Assembly: GCF_964355755.1 (NCBI RefSeq)
Contig: NC_092672.1
Location: 36,772,437 to 36,836,436, forward strand
Source of the DNA: Antedon mediterranea
Lineage: Eukaryota; Animalia; Echinodermata
Reading direction: 5' to 3'
Length of the DNA: 64,000 nucleotides
A program made the translations under genes and the position numbers. This document shows positions 1-12,485 of the stretch, piece by piece (positions within the stretch are counted from its first letter, which is position 1; each line of letters starts with the position of its first letter). Under the pieces are notes generated by a model, which was given only the letters and a program-made list of their open reading frames with translations, was not told the origin of the DNA and did not search any database.

Positions 1-602
1 ATTTGGACATTACCTACAATTCCAATGGTAATCTTACTGTGATTGAACAATAAACTTATTTTTAAATACCAGTCATAATTCCATGCATGACTGAACATGA
101 TCACTTAGGCGTGCAATAACTAATAATTCCCCCAAAAAATTAAGATCATTGAATTCGACCAATAAGATTTGGGCCTGTATGATCATTTCCTACAATGTGC
201 AATACTAGCAAGTCAGTGTGTAAGCATGTTCTGATACATCATGGTACCAGGCTATTGCTAGGTCAGTATTAATATTACATGATGCATCACTACCACCAGG
301 GTTGTTGCTACAATGTGCATAGTTTCCTATCACAGTGATGGTGCCATTTCCTTTCTAATACCAATAGTATTGGTTCCACACTGGCCTTCATGAACTCTTT
401 CAAACAGGATAAAGTACAACAAATCAAAGAAAATTATCATTAAACTGTATTATTAATAATAATAACTATGTATTTATTGCAGTTTAACGGATTAAGTTTA
501 TAATCTTTTTTTTTCTATTGCATTGCATTACAGTAATTTTGACATAAAAGTGTTCTGGACAAAGTATTTAAACTAGGAATCCGTGGCAATAGCAGACTCT
601 TA

Positions 603-789
603 AGCTCTGTCTACACTATCAAACTTTATGGTTAAAAAAAATGTTATGTGCCCATATATGGAATGGATGATGTCATATCACTACCATATTTGGGCATATC
701 ACTACCATATTTGGACATACAGTATCACTATTATATTTAGGTACATCATACTTGTTTTGTTAAACTAGTTTGACAGTGTATACAGAGCT
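603..789. mobile_element. Harbinger-like MITE family A
   Basis: TIR AGCTCTGTCTACACTATCAAACT, TTA on both flanks, internal 21-bp repeats TATCACTACCATATTTGGGCA. Confidence 0.85.
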
Positions 790-3326
790 TTACAGTCAGT
801 AGTATGCCTGTAATTTTATATAGCATTGTATTAACAATTAAAGTCAAGTCACTGAAATCAAGTAGTTGCATTTTTATCCACTATCCATTATCACATTAAG
901 CATCCTTTCTTTAACTTACTCACATTTAGCGTGTGCTAGGTTTGTCAATAATAATTTTCTTTTTACAGAGATAAAAAGGATGAGAGATAGGGTTAATTAC
1001 GATACAGAAAATAACCTCAAGGCTACAGGGTGTTGCGGTGCGATCATTAACAACTGTGTACAGTATCGTATGTCATATCAGAGTGTTAGTTCACAAACTT
1101 CACTTGGCCCCCATTCCATAATCAAGTCATGGACAGATAAATAAAACAAATTAGCCACAGTATAGCAATTTTGTTTTTAAATAGACTACTTTTGCAAAAT
1201 GTAACTTTTTTCACTTTCAAATTTGTTTGAAATTTGGATATTTTGGCCCATTTTCAAACTTTGAAATAAAATGTTGTGTTGTTATTTTTAAAGGCACTTC
1301 CTCTTCTATATAACATAGATTTTGATGTTGGCAAGTAATCGGTTAGACAATCTAGTGTTTATATTAATTATCGAAATGAACACATGTTTCAAATTAAATC
1401 ATTCAACACTTTCAATTAAAGCACATCAATGAATTTTCGAAAAAATTCAATATACGGTATAATTTTTGTTAAACTTTGGCTAGAATAATTAAAAGCAATT
1501 TATAATTCAAAATGATAATGACATGTGTGTATCTGTTTATAATGGTAATATCTGTACAAATTCCAATAAAATCACCAGCTTTCAACAAAATTGAGAATAA
1601 AAGTTTTGGGAAGTGGTTTGTCCGCACAAATAGTGCATTAGCCATTAATGGTATGACCTGCATTTTGATAGATTATACTAAACGTTTTGTGATTGTTTAC
1701 ACAATAATTCAAACCCAGGCTTATAATAAATATTTTATATTGTTGGTATTACTAATGGAAATAGAAGGAAAATAAAAATGACTTCCTCTTTGTCAAATGT
1801 ATCAATAACAATAATAATAATAATAAACTAAAATTCTATAACACTAAGTTTTGCTTTCAGTTCAATTGAAAGTATATTATATTATAATGATGATAAATAC
1901 TTTGGCAACATTAAAATTGGCTCAATGTGCTCAAGCTAAGTTGGCAAAACTGAGTATGTGCTCAAGCTAAGTTGGCAAAGAACAGTGAATTGTATTCAAG
2001 TAGGAAATGCATCACACTACAGTAGACTATTATGACACTTATTCAAAAACTAGATCAGTACAAATATGTATAACAAACCCCTATTACTAAGGAGACACCT
2101 TTAGGGCTCAACAAAGTGGGTGTCCCTTATTAGGTGTGTCCCTTGAATAGTGGGTGTCCATAACAGAGGTTATCCACTGTATCAATTTTTGTTGATTTTA
2201 ATCATTACTGTACAGTATGTAGATTACAAATAGGATGAATAAAAAGAAAAAAGAATGAAACACTTCTTGTTTTGTATTTTGTTTATGTTGCATGCAATTC
2301 AAAATACACCATCAATACAATAATTATTATTAGCCTTAAAGGTCTTTAAAGCTCTGTCTACACTATCAAAATATGATGTGATATACTGTATGCATAATTT
2401 GCTTGGCAATGATCTATTCTGATGTTTTTAAACTTATGAGTAATTTTATTCAACTTTTAAAGTAGTTTCACACATCTGAAGGTAAAACTCATTAGCAAAT
2501 CATTATTATTTGAAGTTCAAGTATATCAAATGTTTTGTTTTCATGTCACAATCATTTATCGTGAGGACATTAGGTGAGGTTTGTCATGCATTTAAGTGGC
2601 ATACTGATTCATACTACTGTACATGCAAGAAAAAAAAGAAAATTTTGTTTTAATCAAAGGTATTGACGACAGATTTTTTTTTCTTGTTTGGCAGATTTTT
2701 TTTTTTTTGACAGATTTTTTTTAATGATGGCCTCAATTTCTTTAATAAGATTCATAATATACCCATTAAATTTTTACAAAAAACTAAAGAAAAGGGAAAT
2801 AAAACGATATTAAACATACAAAATGATTGCAAGCATACTGCTATCTGTGAATGGAGTTTACGTGCCAATGAATATAATGCATTTTTATGAGGAGGTGTAA
2901 TTGAATATCAGAACGCATGAATTGCAAATTATAAATCAAACAACAGCACTTGTCTAGAAAATGAAAGTAAGTCTAAAATTACAAAGAAGGTAGGGTACAT
3001 GTCATTGTACAGTATGAACAATTTGAACCTGCTCACTTGGTTCAGAGATGTTTAGAATTAAATGGGTTATCCTCTCATGGTAGCTCATTCTACTGTACTG
3101 GCTGGAGTAGTTACTGTAGTAACTAGTTTACTATCTTAATGGCAACAGTTTCTCTTTAGCATACAAATTTAATTTCATTGTGCTTAATTTGATCTGAAAG
3201 ATGTAGGTTATCGTCAAACACAAGGACGTCATTAAATTAATTCAGTACATCGCAAGCAATGTTTAATATTACTTCATTACATTAAATAGTATGAAACGTC
3301 CAATAAGCCATGAGGAGTTTTTTTTT

Positions 3327-4085
3327 CGCCGTGGTTAGGATTCCGGCACCGGAACCCAACTGCCCAGCGTTAGGGAATCCGACACGCTATTGCGCATGCC
3401 CAATTCTTTGACTATACAGCGATGGATCATTTCATAGCTGCGCCACACGCGTCGGCGAACTAGCCTAGATGCCTGCTAATGCGGGATCCACTAATCTAGG
3501 CTAGGGCTACCAGTTAGACGTGACCAGTGGGCCTATTTATTTTGTAATTAAAAAGTGGTTGCTTCATTCATAAACTTCATATCATTATGAATTATATAAT
3601 TACATGACTAGTATTATATAATTACATGACTAGTTTTATGATTTTTCATAACGCATTTAATATACTGTACATAACATGCAATCACAAGTTGATTTGTTGA
3701 CGGCAGCCACCGCGCGCGTGGATGTGAAAAAACTGTTCGGGAATTCGGGGTTGCAACGTTAAAAACAGCATTACGATTCTTAGATAGATACTGATTCTTA
3801 TTAATATCATTATAATTATTTTAACGCGTGGCGTAGTCGTATTTTAATTATTAATTCATGTATGGCAAGCATAGGCCAAGTTTCATCCATCTCTCGCTCG
3901 CGCAACGACTCGACTATCTAGGCTACAGTAAATCCCTATAACACTCCGACTCTCGGTGGTGTGGTGTGTGGCACTATTAGTGCAAGCTATAATTCACTTC
4001 CCAGAGCTCTGGGCATGCGTAATATCGTGTCGGATTCCCTAACGGTGGGCAGTTGAGTTCCGGTGCCGGAATCCTAACCACGGCG
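3327..4085. mobile_element. Non-autonomous DNA transposon, ~75-bp TIRs, apparent 9-bp TSD (T9)
   Basis: CGCCGTGGTTAGGATTCCGGCACCGGAAC... at 3327 and its reverse complement ending at 4085; exactly nine T on each side. Confidence 0.88.
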
Positions 4086-5954
4086 TTTTTTTTTCATTTT
4101 ATTCATCCTTAAATCAGAAATTTCACAGCATCAAAACAAAAGTTTTCATGCGAGGGGGGTTTTAAAATTCATTTATGTAAAATTACCTTGTCAGGACTGA
4201 CCATACTAAATGCTAGGCCATTAATGGGGTAAAAAAGATTCTAGGCCTACCTAGGCTATGCCCTACGTGGGCTAAGACACGACCTACCAAGCATGTCATT
4301 GCCAGCAGTAGGCCTCTACTACCGGTAGCTGTACTAAAAGATAGGTCTAGCCTAGAGAGAGTAGGAGGCCTACACCACCACCAGTAAACCTAGGACTAGC
4401 TAACCCTACTCATATCGTTCCTGTTGCTACCAGGACTAACTAGTATATGGTGATTAATTGAAATAGAAACACACTATATTTTATAATAAAACAATAATTT
4501 CCTTACCAATTGACTTTACAACGCTAGGCCTGATTCGTTACGCTGTTCTCTCGCACACCGACCACACACACACAATCGGAATCTACACTAATTCCTATAT
4601 TCAGAGCGTCATTCTGACGACTGGAGCGTTCTCTACTTCTCTACGGAGCGCCATTTATGTCTTTATTAACTTCAATAATAGAAATAGTACTACGGTAACT
4701 GCGCAAGTGGACCCAAATTAGCACCAGGGTAGCAGAGTGATATAAAATAGAAATAAAAGTCACTACTTTTAATATTTAATATCGAAAAGAAGCCCATGTG
4801 CTACTTCATTGTTAGTACTCTTGGGTGGGCTTCTTTTCCACATGGAGTTCTTTCCAAGATTACTTTTGCAAACTAAACGAGGGGAACTGCTAGCTTCCCG
4901 CCCGGAAAATATTTTATTTACATGATTTGAAAAATCTTCTAATGTAAATAATTAACAGCATCAAAATTTAACAGTTTGGCGTGTTGACCGCGAATGACTA
5001 ACATACCATCTTTACCATAATACACCTGCACAGACTCATTTGCATCAACGCACGCACATACCAAACTGTTTAAAATAGAGCAAGGTACCCGAAAATGACA
5101 TCTATTAGGTTTCAAACAACATGCATAAGAATCTGCAGTACCCCACCATGCTTGGGGCTGAGCAAAGACAATTTTGAAAAAAAGAGCTGTATACAGTTAG
5201 GTTCCCGCCCGAAAAAAATGGCGTTACATGATTTGAATGAAACAAACTATATAAGAATCACCTGGACAATATATGAGCTTATCCCCGGAAAGTGCACCTA
5301 TTCATTGAAATATAAAATTAAATATTAAGTCTCCAGTACTAGCCCATCCATGGTTGAGGCAGAGCAATGAAAATAGAGCCCAGAAATGCACTTACTTATA
5401 GGCTACTTATTACTATACATAGTCACCTATGATAATTGAAAATTTTAACTATCCAGAAGATGTGAATTCAACATTTTAGGTGGGGTTTTCTACTTTAAAA
5501 ACTTGATTTCGTATATGCCTATGACCTAGCCCGGCGGCGGAATTAGTCTAAGCTTCGAAATTGGTCTGGAAATTGGCATCTTTGCAAATGTTCTATATTT
5601 GATCTTATTTCACTCTCCATTAACCTCATACAAAAACCATCGGAGACTATCTGTTTAAAACATGTTTATTCTGGGACAGTGCGGCCATGAAGAATTTTAC
5701 ATTTCGCTACCAATGTTGCAACATTGATTAACAAAATCAAAATTTAACAGTGGGGCGCGTTGAACGCAAATGACTAACAATACCATCTTTCCCACTACAC
5801 CTGCACAAACTCATTTGTATAACAACCAACGGCATACCAAACTATGATGAGAGATACATTCTCTTCTCAACACGCGTAACAAAGATAATTAATTCCTTTT
5901 TTACATTAAAATTGAGCCGTTAAACATAAAATTTACGAGATCAGGTGAAAGCCC

Positions 5955-6215
5955 AAAAAAAGGAGTAAAAATTGTGCTATCCTTGCCTCAGCACTAAGGC
6001 CCTGCAGCAGCCTTGGGTTCATTTCCACCACATCATTACCAGATGCATTGCTAGTGCCTTCTCAAGATGTGTGGTGGAAAGGGGGACGTACAATTCTATG
6101 AACCCCAAACACAGTGGTCGCATACCTTTAACTCTATTCCACCGACCAGCGTAGGAATCGAACCCACGACATACCTGTTGTCAATACGACGATCAGGCGA
6201 CTGAGCTAACTGATC
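5955..6215 (-). ncRNA. tRNA-headed structured Pol III RNA or SINE-like unit, full copy
   Basis: 6215-6143 has exact 73-nt tRNA spacing with intact acceptor stem (GATCAGT/GCTGGTC), A box TAGCTCAG, B box GGTTCGATTCC and a broken anticodon stem. It is followed by four hairpins and T5/T7 runs. Confidence 0.6.
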
Positions 6216-7871
6216 ATTTTGGTTTTATCAAGGTTAATAGGATATTTATGATGTAATGATGAATTACGTAATACACGTATAAATAGACTATTTTTTAGTA
6301 CTCTTGGGTACGGTGGCTTCTTTTCAACGGATAACCTTCTTTTCCACATGGGGTTCTTTTCAAGATTACTTTTGTGAACTAAAGGAGGGGAGTTTCTAGA
6401 TTCCCGCCCGGAAAATTGTATCTTTACATGATTTGAATTTCTAATAAAGATTAACAAAATCAAAATTTAACTTTTAAATTTAATTTTGAGGCGTGTTCAC
6501 CGCGTAGGACTAACAACAACATCTTCGTCATTACACCTGCACAAACTCATTTGCATAACAACGTAGGGCTTACCAAACTGTTTAAAATAGCTACAAGGTC
6601 CCCAGAAATGACACCTATAGTATTTTGAAACATGATATATAAGAGTCCTCTCTACCCCACCATGATTGGGGCTGAGCAAAGACAATTTTGAAAAAAATAT
6701 TTATTGAAATATGAAATTAAATAAGTCTCCAGTTCAGCTCACCATGGTTGGGGCAGAGCTAGAATGAAAGCTTAGTCTCCGGAAATTATGAAACGAAATA
6801 TAAAAGTCTTCAGGACCAGCCATACAATGGTGATTGTTTCCCCAAGTGTGAGACATGCAATGCACGCGGCCGACGGTAATTCAACAAAACAAAATTATGA
6901 AATACAAACAGAGCTAGCACACAAAAGCCTGCTTACTAATTTTAATATTTCTATAATTTAGAAAACAATTACAATTATCACCTTTGATAATTATAATGTT
7001 AAATTTCAACTATCCAGATGCGAATTTTAGGTTGGGTTTGAAAAAACTTGACTTCATATGCTTCAATTTCGAAGATCTGCTTAAAACATATTTATTTATT
7101 TATTCTACCATAAACTTTTATTCACAAAATAATATCAGTAGGCCTACAATACAATATCTTGCATGAAACGAATATTTAAAAATACACTATGTAACGGTAG
7201 AATTATAATTATAATGTAAAAGATTAACAAAATAAAAATTGAACAGTGTTGTGTGTTAATCGCGAATGACTAACAATACCATCTTTCCCACAGCACATGT
7301 GCACACTCATTTGCATAACAAACGCACGGCATACCAAACTACGATGAGATAAAATTAATTAATTAACTTAAATATTAAGTCCATTTCATTTAGAACACAA
7401 TTTACCATAAAAGTCAAAGAACATTTAATAACCTTATATGATGCTTAGTTTTTTTCTAGTTTTTTCTATTTAAAAAACAAACAAAAAATGTGTATAATAC
7501 TCTTCTATTACTTATTTCATATTCATATTGATAATGCCAGTGAGTTATTAATTTTCATTTATGTAATTCATTTTCTTCAGATTTTTCTTTCTCAGAAATG
7601 ATATACGTTCTAGTTTAAGTTTTATTTATTTTAAAAGGCCAAAACTCAATAAGCGAAAGCTTTTTTTTTTGGTCTTTTGTCTTTAGTTTGATTTAATGTA
7701 TGTGAAAAAAAACTAACAAGAAAGAAAGAAAATAAAGATTATTATAGAAGTAAAAAAAAAATTCTCTTCTAAACACATAACGAAGAGAATTAATTCCTTT
7801 TTTTTTTACATTAAAATAAATTGAGGGCACTAAACATAAAATTTAAACCATCAAAGCAGCTGGCGAGAGCC

Positions 7872-8088
7872 AAAAAAAAGATGGTAAATGTGCTCTCCCT
7901 GCCTCAGCACTAAGGCCCTGCCACAGCCTTTAGGGGTCGTTTCCACCACATCACCAGATGCATTGATGTTGTCGCCTCATGATGTGTGGTGGAAAGGGGG
8001 ACGTATGATCTGTGAACCCCAAACACAGTGGCTCGCATAGCCTTAACTCTATTCCACCGACCAGCGTGAGAATGGAACCCACGACATA
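7872..8088 (-). ncRNA. Second, 5'-truncated copy of the tRNA-headed structured unit
   Basis: Aligns with 5955-6172; damaged B box (GGTTCCATTCTC); A box replaced by the 102-bp tandem array. Confidence 0.5.
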
Positions 8089-8091
8089 CGT

Positions 8092-8700
8092 GGCTTATTT
8101 CTATTTTATATCACTGTGCTCCACTGGCTCCAAGTTGTGTCCACTTGTCCACTTGAGCACAGTGTATTCAAATACGAAAAGATATTAACATTCAGTGACT
8201 TATTTCTATTTTATATCAATGTGCTTCCCTGGTACCAAATTGGGTCCACTTGAGCACAGTGTATTAAAATACGAAAAGATATTAAAATTCAGTGACTTGT
8301 TTCTATTTTATATCTTTGTGCTCCCCTGGCTCCAAATAGGGTTCAATTGAGCAAAGTGTATTAAAATACGAAAAGATATTAAAATTCAGTGACTTATTTC
8401 TATTTTATATCACTGTGCTCCCCTGGCTCCAAATTGGGTCCACTTGAGCACAGTGTGTATTAACATACGAAAAGATATTAAAATTCAGTGACTTATTTCT
8501 ATTTTATATCACTATGCTCCCCTGGCTCCAAATTGGGTCCACATGAGCACAATATAATAACATACGAAACGATATTAAAATTAGTGACTTACAGTATTTC
8601 TATTTTATATCACTGTGCTCCACTGGCTCAAAATTGTGTCCACTTGAGCACAGTGTATTAGCATACGAAAAGATATTAACATTCAATGACTGGTGCCAAA
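8092..8700. repeat. ~102-bp tandem repeat, about 6 copies
   Basis: Unit GACTTATTTCTATTTTATATCACTGTGCTCCCCTGGCTCCAAATTGGGTCCACTTGAGCACAGTGTATT...; one inverted copy at about 4700-4790. Confidence 0.9.
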
Positions 8701-8973
8701 TTTGGTCCACTGAACCAGTTACCGTAGTACTATTTCTATTTCGGAAGTAAGTAAAGGCATAAATGGCGCTCCGTAGAAGTAGAGAATGCTCGATCGTCGA
8801 AATGATATACCTCAATTCGTCGTCAAATAAAAAAAAGAAGAGAGGGCGCCAGTCTATTCAAGAACTTTGTCACCAAGTCTTGCAACAGAGTGTATTATGT
8901 CTTGGGAGTAACATGCAATTTCTGTGTTTCCATACAGAAACATTGAAGTTAAGCAGTTTGAATGTTATTGTTA

Positions 8974-9109
8974 AGCTCTGTCTACACTATCAAACTAGTG
9001 TGACAAAATAAAAGTGTGATGTGGCCAAATATGGTAGTGATACATCATCATGTCCATTATCACAGCAGATTTTTTTTGTCGAATTAACTTTGCTAGTGTA
9101 GACAGAGCT
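8974..9109. mobile_element. MITE family A
   Basis: Both TIRs present, TTA flanks. Confidence 0.85.
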
Positions 9110-9225
9110 TTACACTACTAGCGTCATTCAGGCAAATGGTAAGTCACATTTGTGACGCAATGCAAAAACAAAACAACAAAAGTCAAAGACTCTTTCCCAT
9201 TAGCACTTATCTGAATAACTTAAAC

Positions 9226-9278
9226 TTTATTCTACAAATTGATAGGAAAAGTATATAAACAGAGTCATTTCATTTATT
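9226..9278 (-). terminator. Candidate distal MED13 polyadenylation signals
   Basis: AATAAA on the minus strand at 9273-9278 and 9226-9231, followed by U/GU-rich TTGTTGTTTTGTTTTTG. Other AATAAA exist at 13442 and 10427, so the site used is uncertain. Confidence 0.3.
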
Positions 9279-10584
9279 AAGAATCTTATGTTTTTTGTTC
9301 TGTACTCTCAACAATATTTCAAATTCATCATCATGAGAGCTTTTACTTTAAATATTCTCAACCCCTCTGCAAATTATCAGCTTACCTATAACATATGCAT
9401 AAAGTGAATTCATCAACGGGTGGGGTGATATAACTTTACAGACTGTACATCTATCAACACCCCTCATATTTTCTTATTTACAAGTGATAATTCACATAGT
9501 TCAAATAAAATGAAACAAAATATATAAAATTTTAATCACTAATTACAAATAGTCGTTTTTTTTTCAGTTCCACGTAATAACGTCGATCGTCCTGAGTTTT
9601 GGACCGTATTCCTCGTCCGATACAGTAAATATTAGCCTCCATGGCAACAGTTCAGGTATATTTATCGACTACAAGTCTATAAGCACACACCCTCTTGATT
9701 ATTACAGCAACAACACTGTGAAATACATAATACAAAGCCTAGGCTTTTCACTTGGACATTTACAGAACTAAGTTGATGTACTTAACGCATAAAGTACTAA
9801 GATAAATATACAATATTTGATATGAGCAAGATCTTTAGATCTGTCAAATTTAAGCAAGTTTCACAGAGCACCTTTTATATTATAATTTACCCAAAATGAA
9901 CTCTTTCAAAGAATGCTCTATTCTGATGTTACATACCTCGAGTAATATATTAAGTACCTACAGCAAGATCAAATGTACATTTTTCTGTCACATAACAGTG
10001 TATACAGAGGTAACACAAATACATGAAATAACAGATATACATATGAATTGGCAATTTACAGTTAGTGCATGTGTTTATAAAGAGAAATATCTTTAAAACA
10101 GAAATGCACAATAAACTAACAGGAAATCACAGATTATCATAAACTGATAATAATTAATTAACATAAAAAGAAAATCATGGATGTTATTGATAAATTATAC
10201 AATAAAACGATGATGAGAGAAACTACATTTTGTGTGCATAGTTTCTTTCAGAATGGCATGCATAGGGCAAAGATTGCATTTATAAGACAATGCTTAGTAA
10301 ATGTTCAAACTGTCTAAAATGGCTAACACATACTAAGAGTACCTTCAATTTTGCCAACATTAATCTTAAATTCTTTTTAATTTCATTTTAGAGCAATTAA
10401 ATTAAAAGGGAGCCATAATAATATAATTTATTTTACAATTACAAAATACTATTTCAATAAACATTCTTCGATGGTTTTTAAACCCCAATAAATACAGCTG
10501 TAGTAACATGCCTAAGTCAGACACAAATAAAATCAACTATTACACACATACTCACTCTAGCCAATTCTCAGTACTGTACCTATT

Positions 10585-10804
10585 ATCATAGGCAAATTCT
10601 GTGATACAGCGTCATATATGTACCACATGTGACACCTGTATCATAGGCCATATACCAAATATAATTTGTAGAATATCATAAGCAAATTCTGTGAAACAGT
10701 GTTATATATGTATCACATGTGACACCTGTATCATGAGCCATATACCAAGCATAATACAGGTGTCACATGTGATACATATACAACAATGTATCACAGAATT
10801 TGCC
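10585..10804. repeat. Two direct copies plus one inverted copy of a ~50-bp motif
   Basis: GCAAATTCTGTGA...CACATGTGACACCTGTAT at about 10592 and 10682; reverse complement at 10754-10804. Confidence 0.88.
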
Positions 10805-11910
10805 CAATACTGAGTATATATCGTATGTGTAGAGATACAGTACAGAGAATCTATTGTTTAACCTCACCTGCACATACACACTAAACTAATAACTGATCTG
10901 ACTAATACATCACAACGAAAATTACCCATAATTGTTATGAATGAATTGCTCTACGGTAATGGTGATAGCCTTTGATGTACAGATACAACATTGTAATGTA
11001 CTTTTTATGGGTCTGTTTCTTTTCGTACATAATTCATATCCTAAACCATCATGATCTATTTTGCAAGCCTGCTTTATAATTAATTCATTTAATTAATTGT
11101 TACTCTTTAATACTAAACACATAATTGCAATAATCAAACATTTTTTTCTTCTTCAGTCACAAATATATTCCATAGTCAATCGTATTTTCTTATTAACATA
11201 AATCTAAAATTGCAGTCGAGCGTTTTTTTTTTCTCCATCCAGTCTGATATATTTTAAAGTAGTCCGTGATTCTTTAATTTCAAGTCTTAGTTCTCATATA
11301 TAGAAAATATGTTTCATACCAATAGTCTAATATTCTATATTATCAAAAATAGTTCTCAGCTATTAGCTTACATATGCCCATTTGACAATATTTTTTTTTC
11401 TATAGATATTAAAAAATCTATTTATATTGCTATTTTAGTATGATTTCTATTGTAATATAATCTCTTTGTAATTTGTCACTCAAAGACCACAAACTGATGT
11501 AATTGAATTTGTTTGAAATCCTTAATTTATAGTAAAAATCGTTAATTCATGTATTATTACCATCATTATTATTAATAAATGATTTTTTAAATATTTCATT
11601 TTGAAAGACTGATTATCATGAATTTGAAAATGAATTTAGCAATGTATGTCCTTGTGTTTCCACACAAAAGATAATATGTATAATTATATTGGTAGATGTT
11701 ACAAAACCTACAGTATGATGACTGGACGCAATTCACAAAATCGTTCAATAATAAGACACAAAAAAAATAATTCCTGAGAACTTTACACAATCTATACCAC
11801 GCCGCCCTATGAACAGAAAATAAGTGAAAATGCTTTTGAATTAAAATGTTGCTAGCTTGTGGTGTTACAATGTCATTGATGTTTGCTGATTCACTTGTAG
11901 CACATATACT

Positions 11911-12045
11911 ATCTACACTATCAAATTTTATATGACAAAAAAAAATGTGATGCGCCCATATATGGACATGTCATATCACTACCATATTTGGGCATATCAC
12001 TACCATATCTGAGCATGTCACTTCCATATTTCGGAACATCACACT
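11911..12045. mobile_element. MITE family A, partial
   Basis: Left TIR remnant plus internal 21-bp repeats. Confidence 0.7.
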
Positions 12046-12140
12046 GTTGCTGTACAATTGAATTAAAATAGTTTTTCATTATTTTTACATGAAAATACAT
12101 ACTATACAGCTTGTTTGAATTTCCAAATAACATTACATTT

Positions 12141-12485
12141 TCCTACTGCATGCTGTTTAAGAGATTATGTCAACATTATTTTACTGCAGTAACTGCAGTA
12201 ACTACACTGCAATAAACAGTACATATGATTAGTCAAAGGCTTGCAACTGCATAAACAAGATGTATTTACTGCAGTAACTTACATTTGTAATAATTTATGA
12301 TTTAAATTTGTTTCAATGTAGAATTCTGTAAAGTGGTCACTGCGTTAAAGAGTACATATATGAGTACATAGATGATTTGTCAAAAAGGCTTCCTAAATAA
12401 TTATGTAACCAAACCGTACTTACTGCAGAAACTGCAGTAAAATCATTTTGACATACTAGGTCCCTTAAAGGATGCACAGTGGGAC
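12141..12485. repeat. Old inverted repeat (~65-bp arms), probable decayed MITE
   Basis: TATGTCAACATTATTTTACTGCAGT versus ACTGCAGTAAAATCATTTTGACATA. Confidence 0.65.

Larger units (their letters stand above)
4608..8805. mobile_element. ~4.2-kb foldback-like segment with long imperfect inverted termini and internal ~1.5-1.8-kb tandem duplication
   Basis: 4608-4790 is the reverse complement of about 8580-8805 (e.g. CTACGGAGCGCCATTTATG / CATAAATGGCGCTCCGTAG; TAGAAATAGTACTACGGTAACTG / CAGTTACCGTAGTACTATTTCTA). 4810-6200 is similar to 6290-8090. No ORF or clear TSD found. Confidence 0.6.

Noticed and set aside
1606-1622. 17-nt identity to the MED13 GKWFV exon within ORF 1512..1775
   Set aside because: The match does not extend, and one 17-mer match is roughly expected by chance in a 64-kb self-comparison.
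6143-6215. Functional tRNA-Val(GAC)
   Set aside because: The anticodon stem cannot pair, the D-loop GG is lost, and GAC is not a normal eukaryotic anticodon; treated as a tRNA-derived head.
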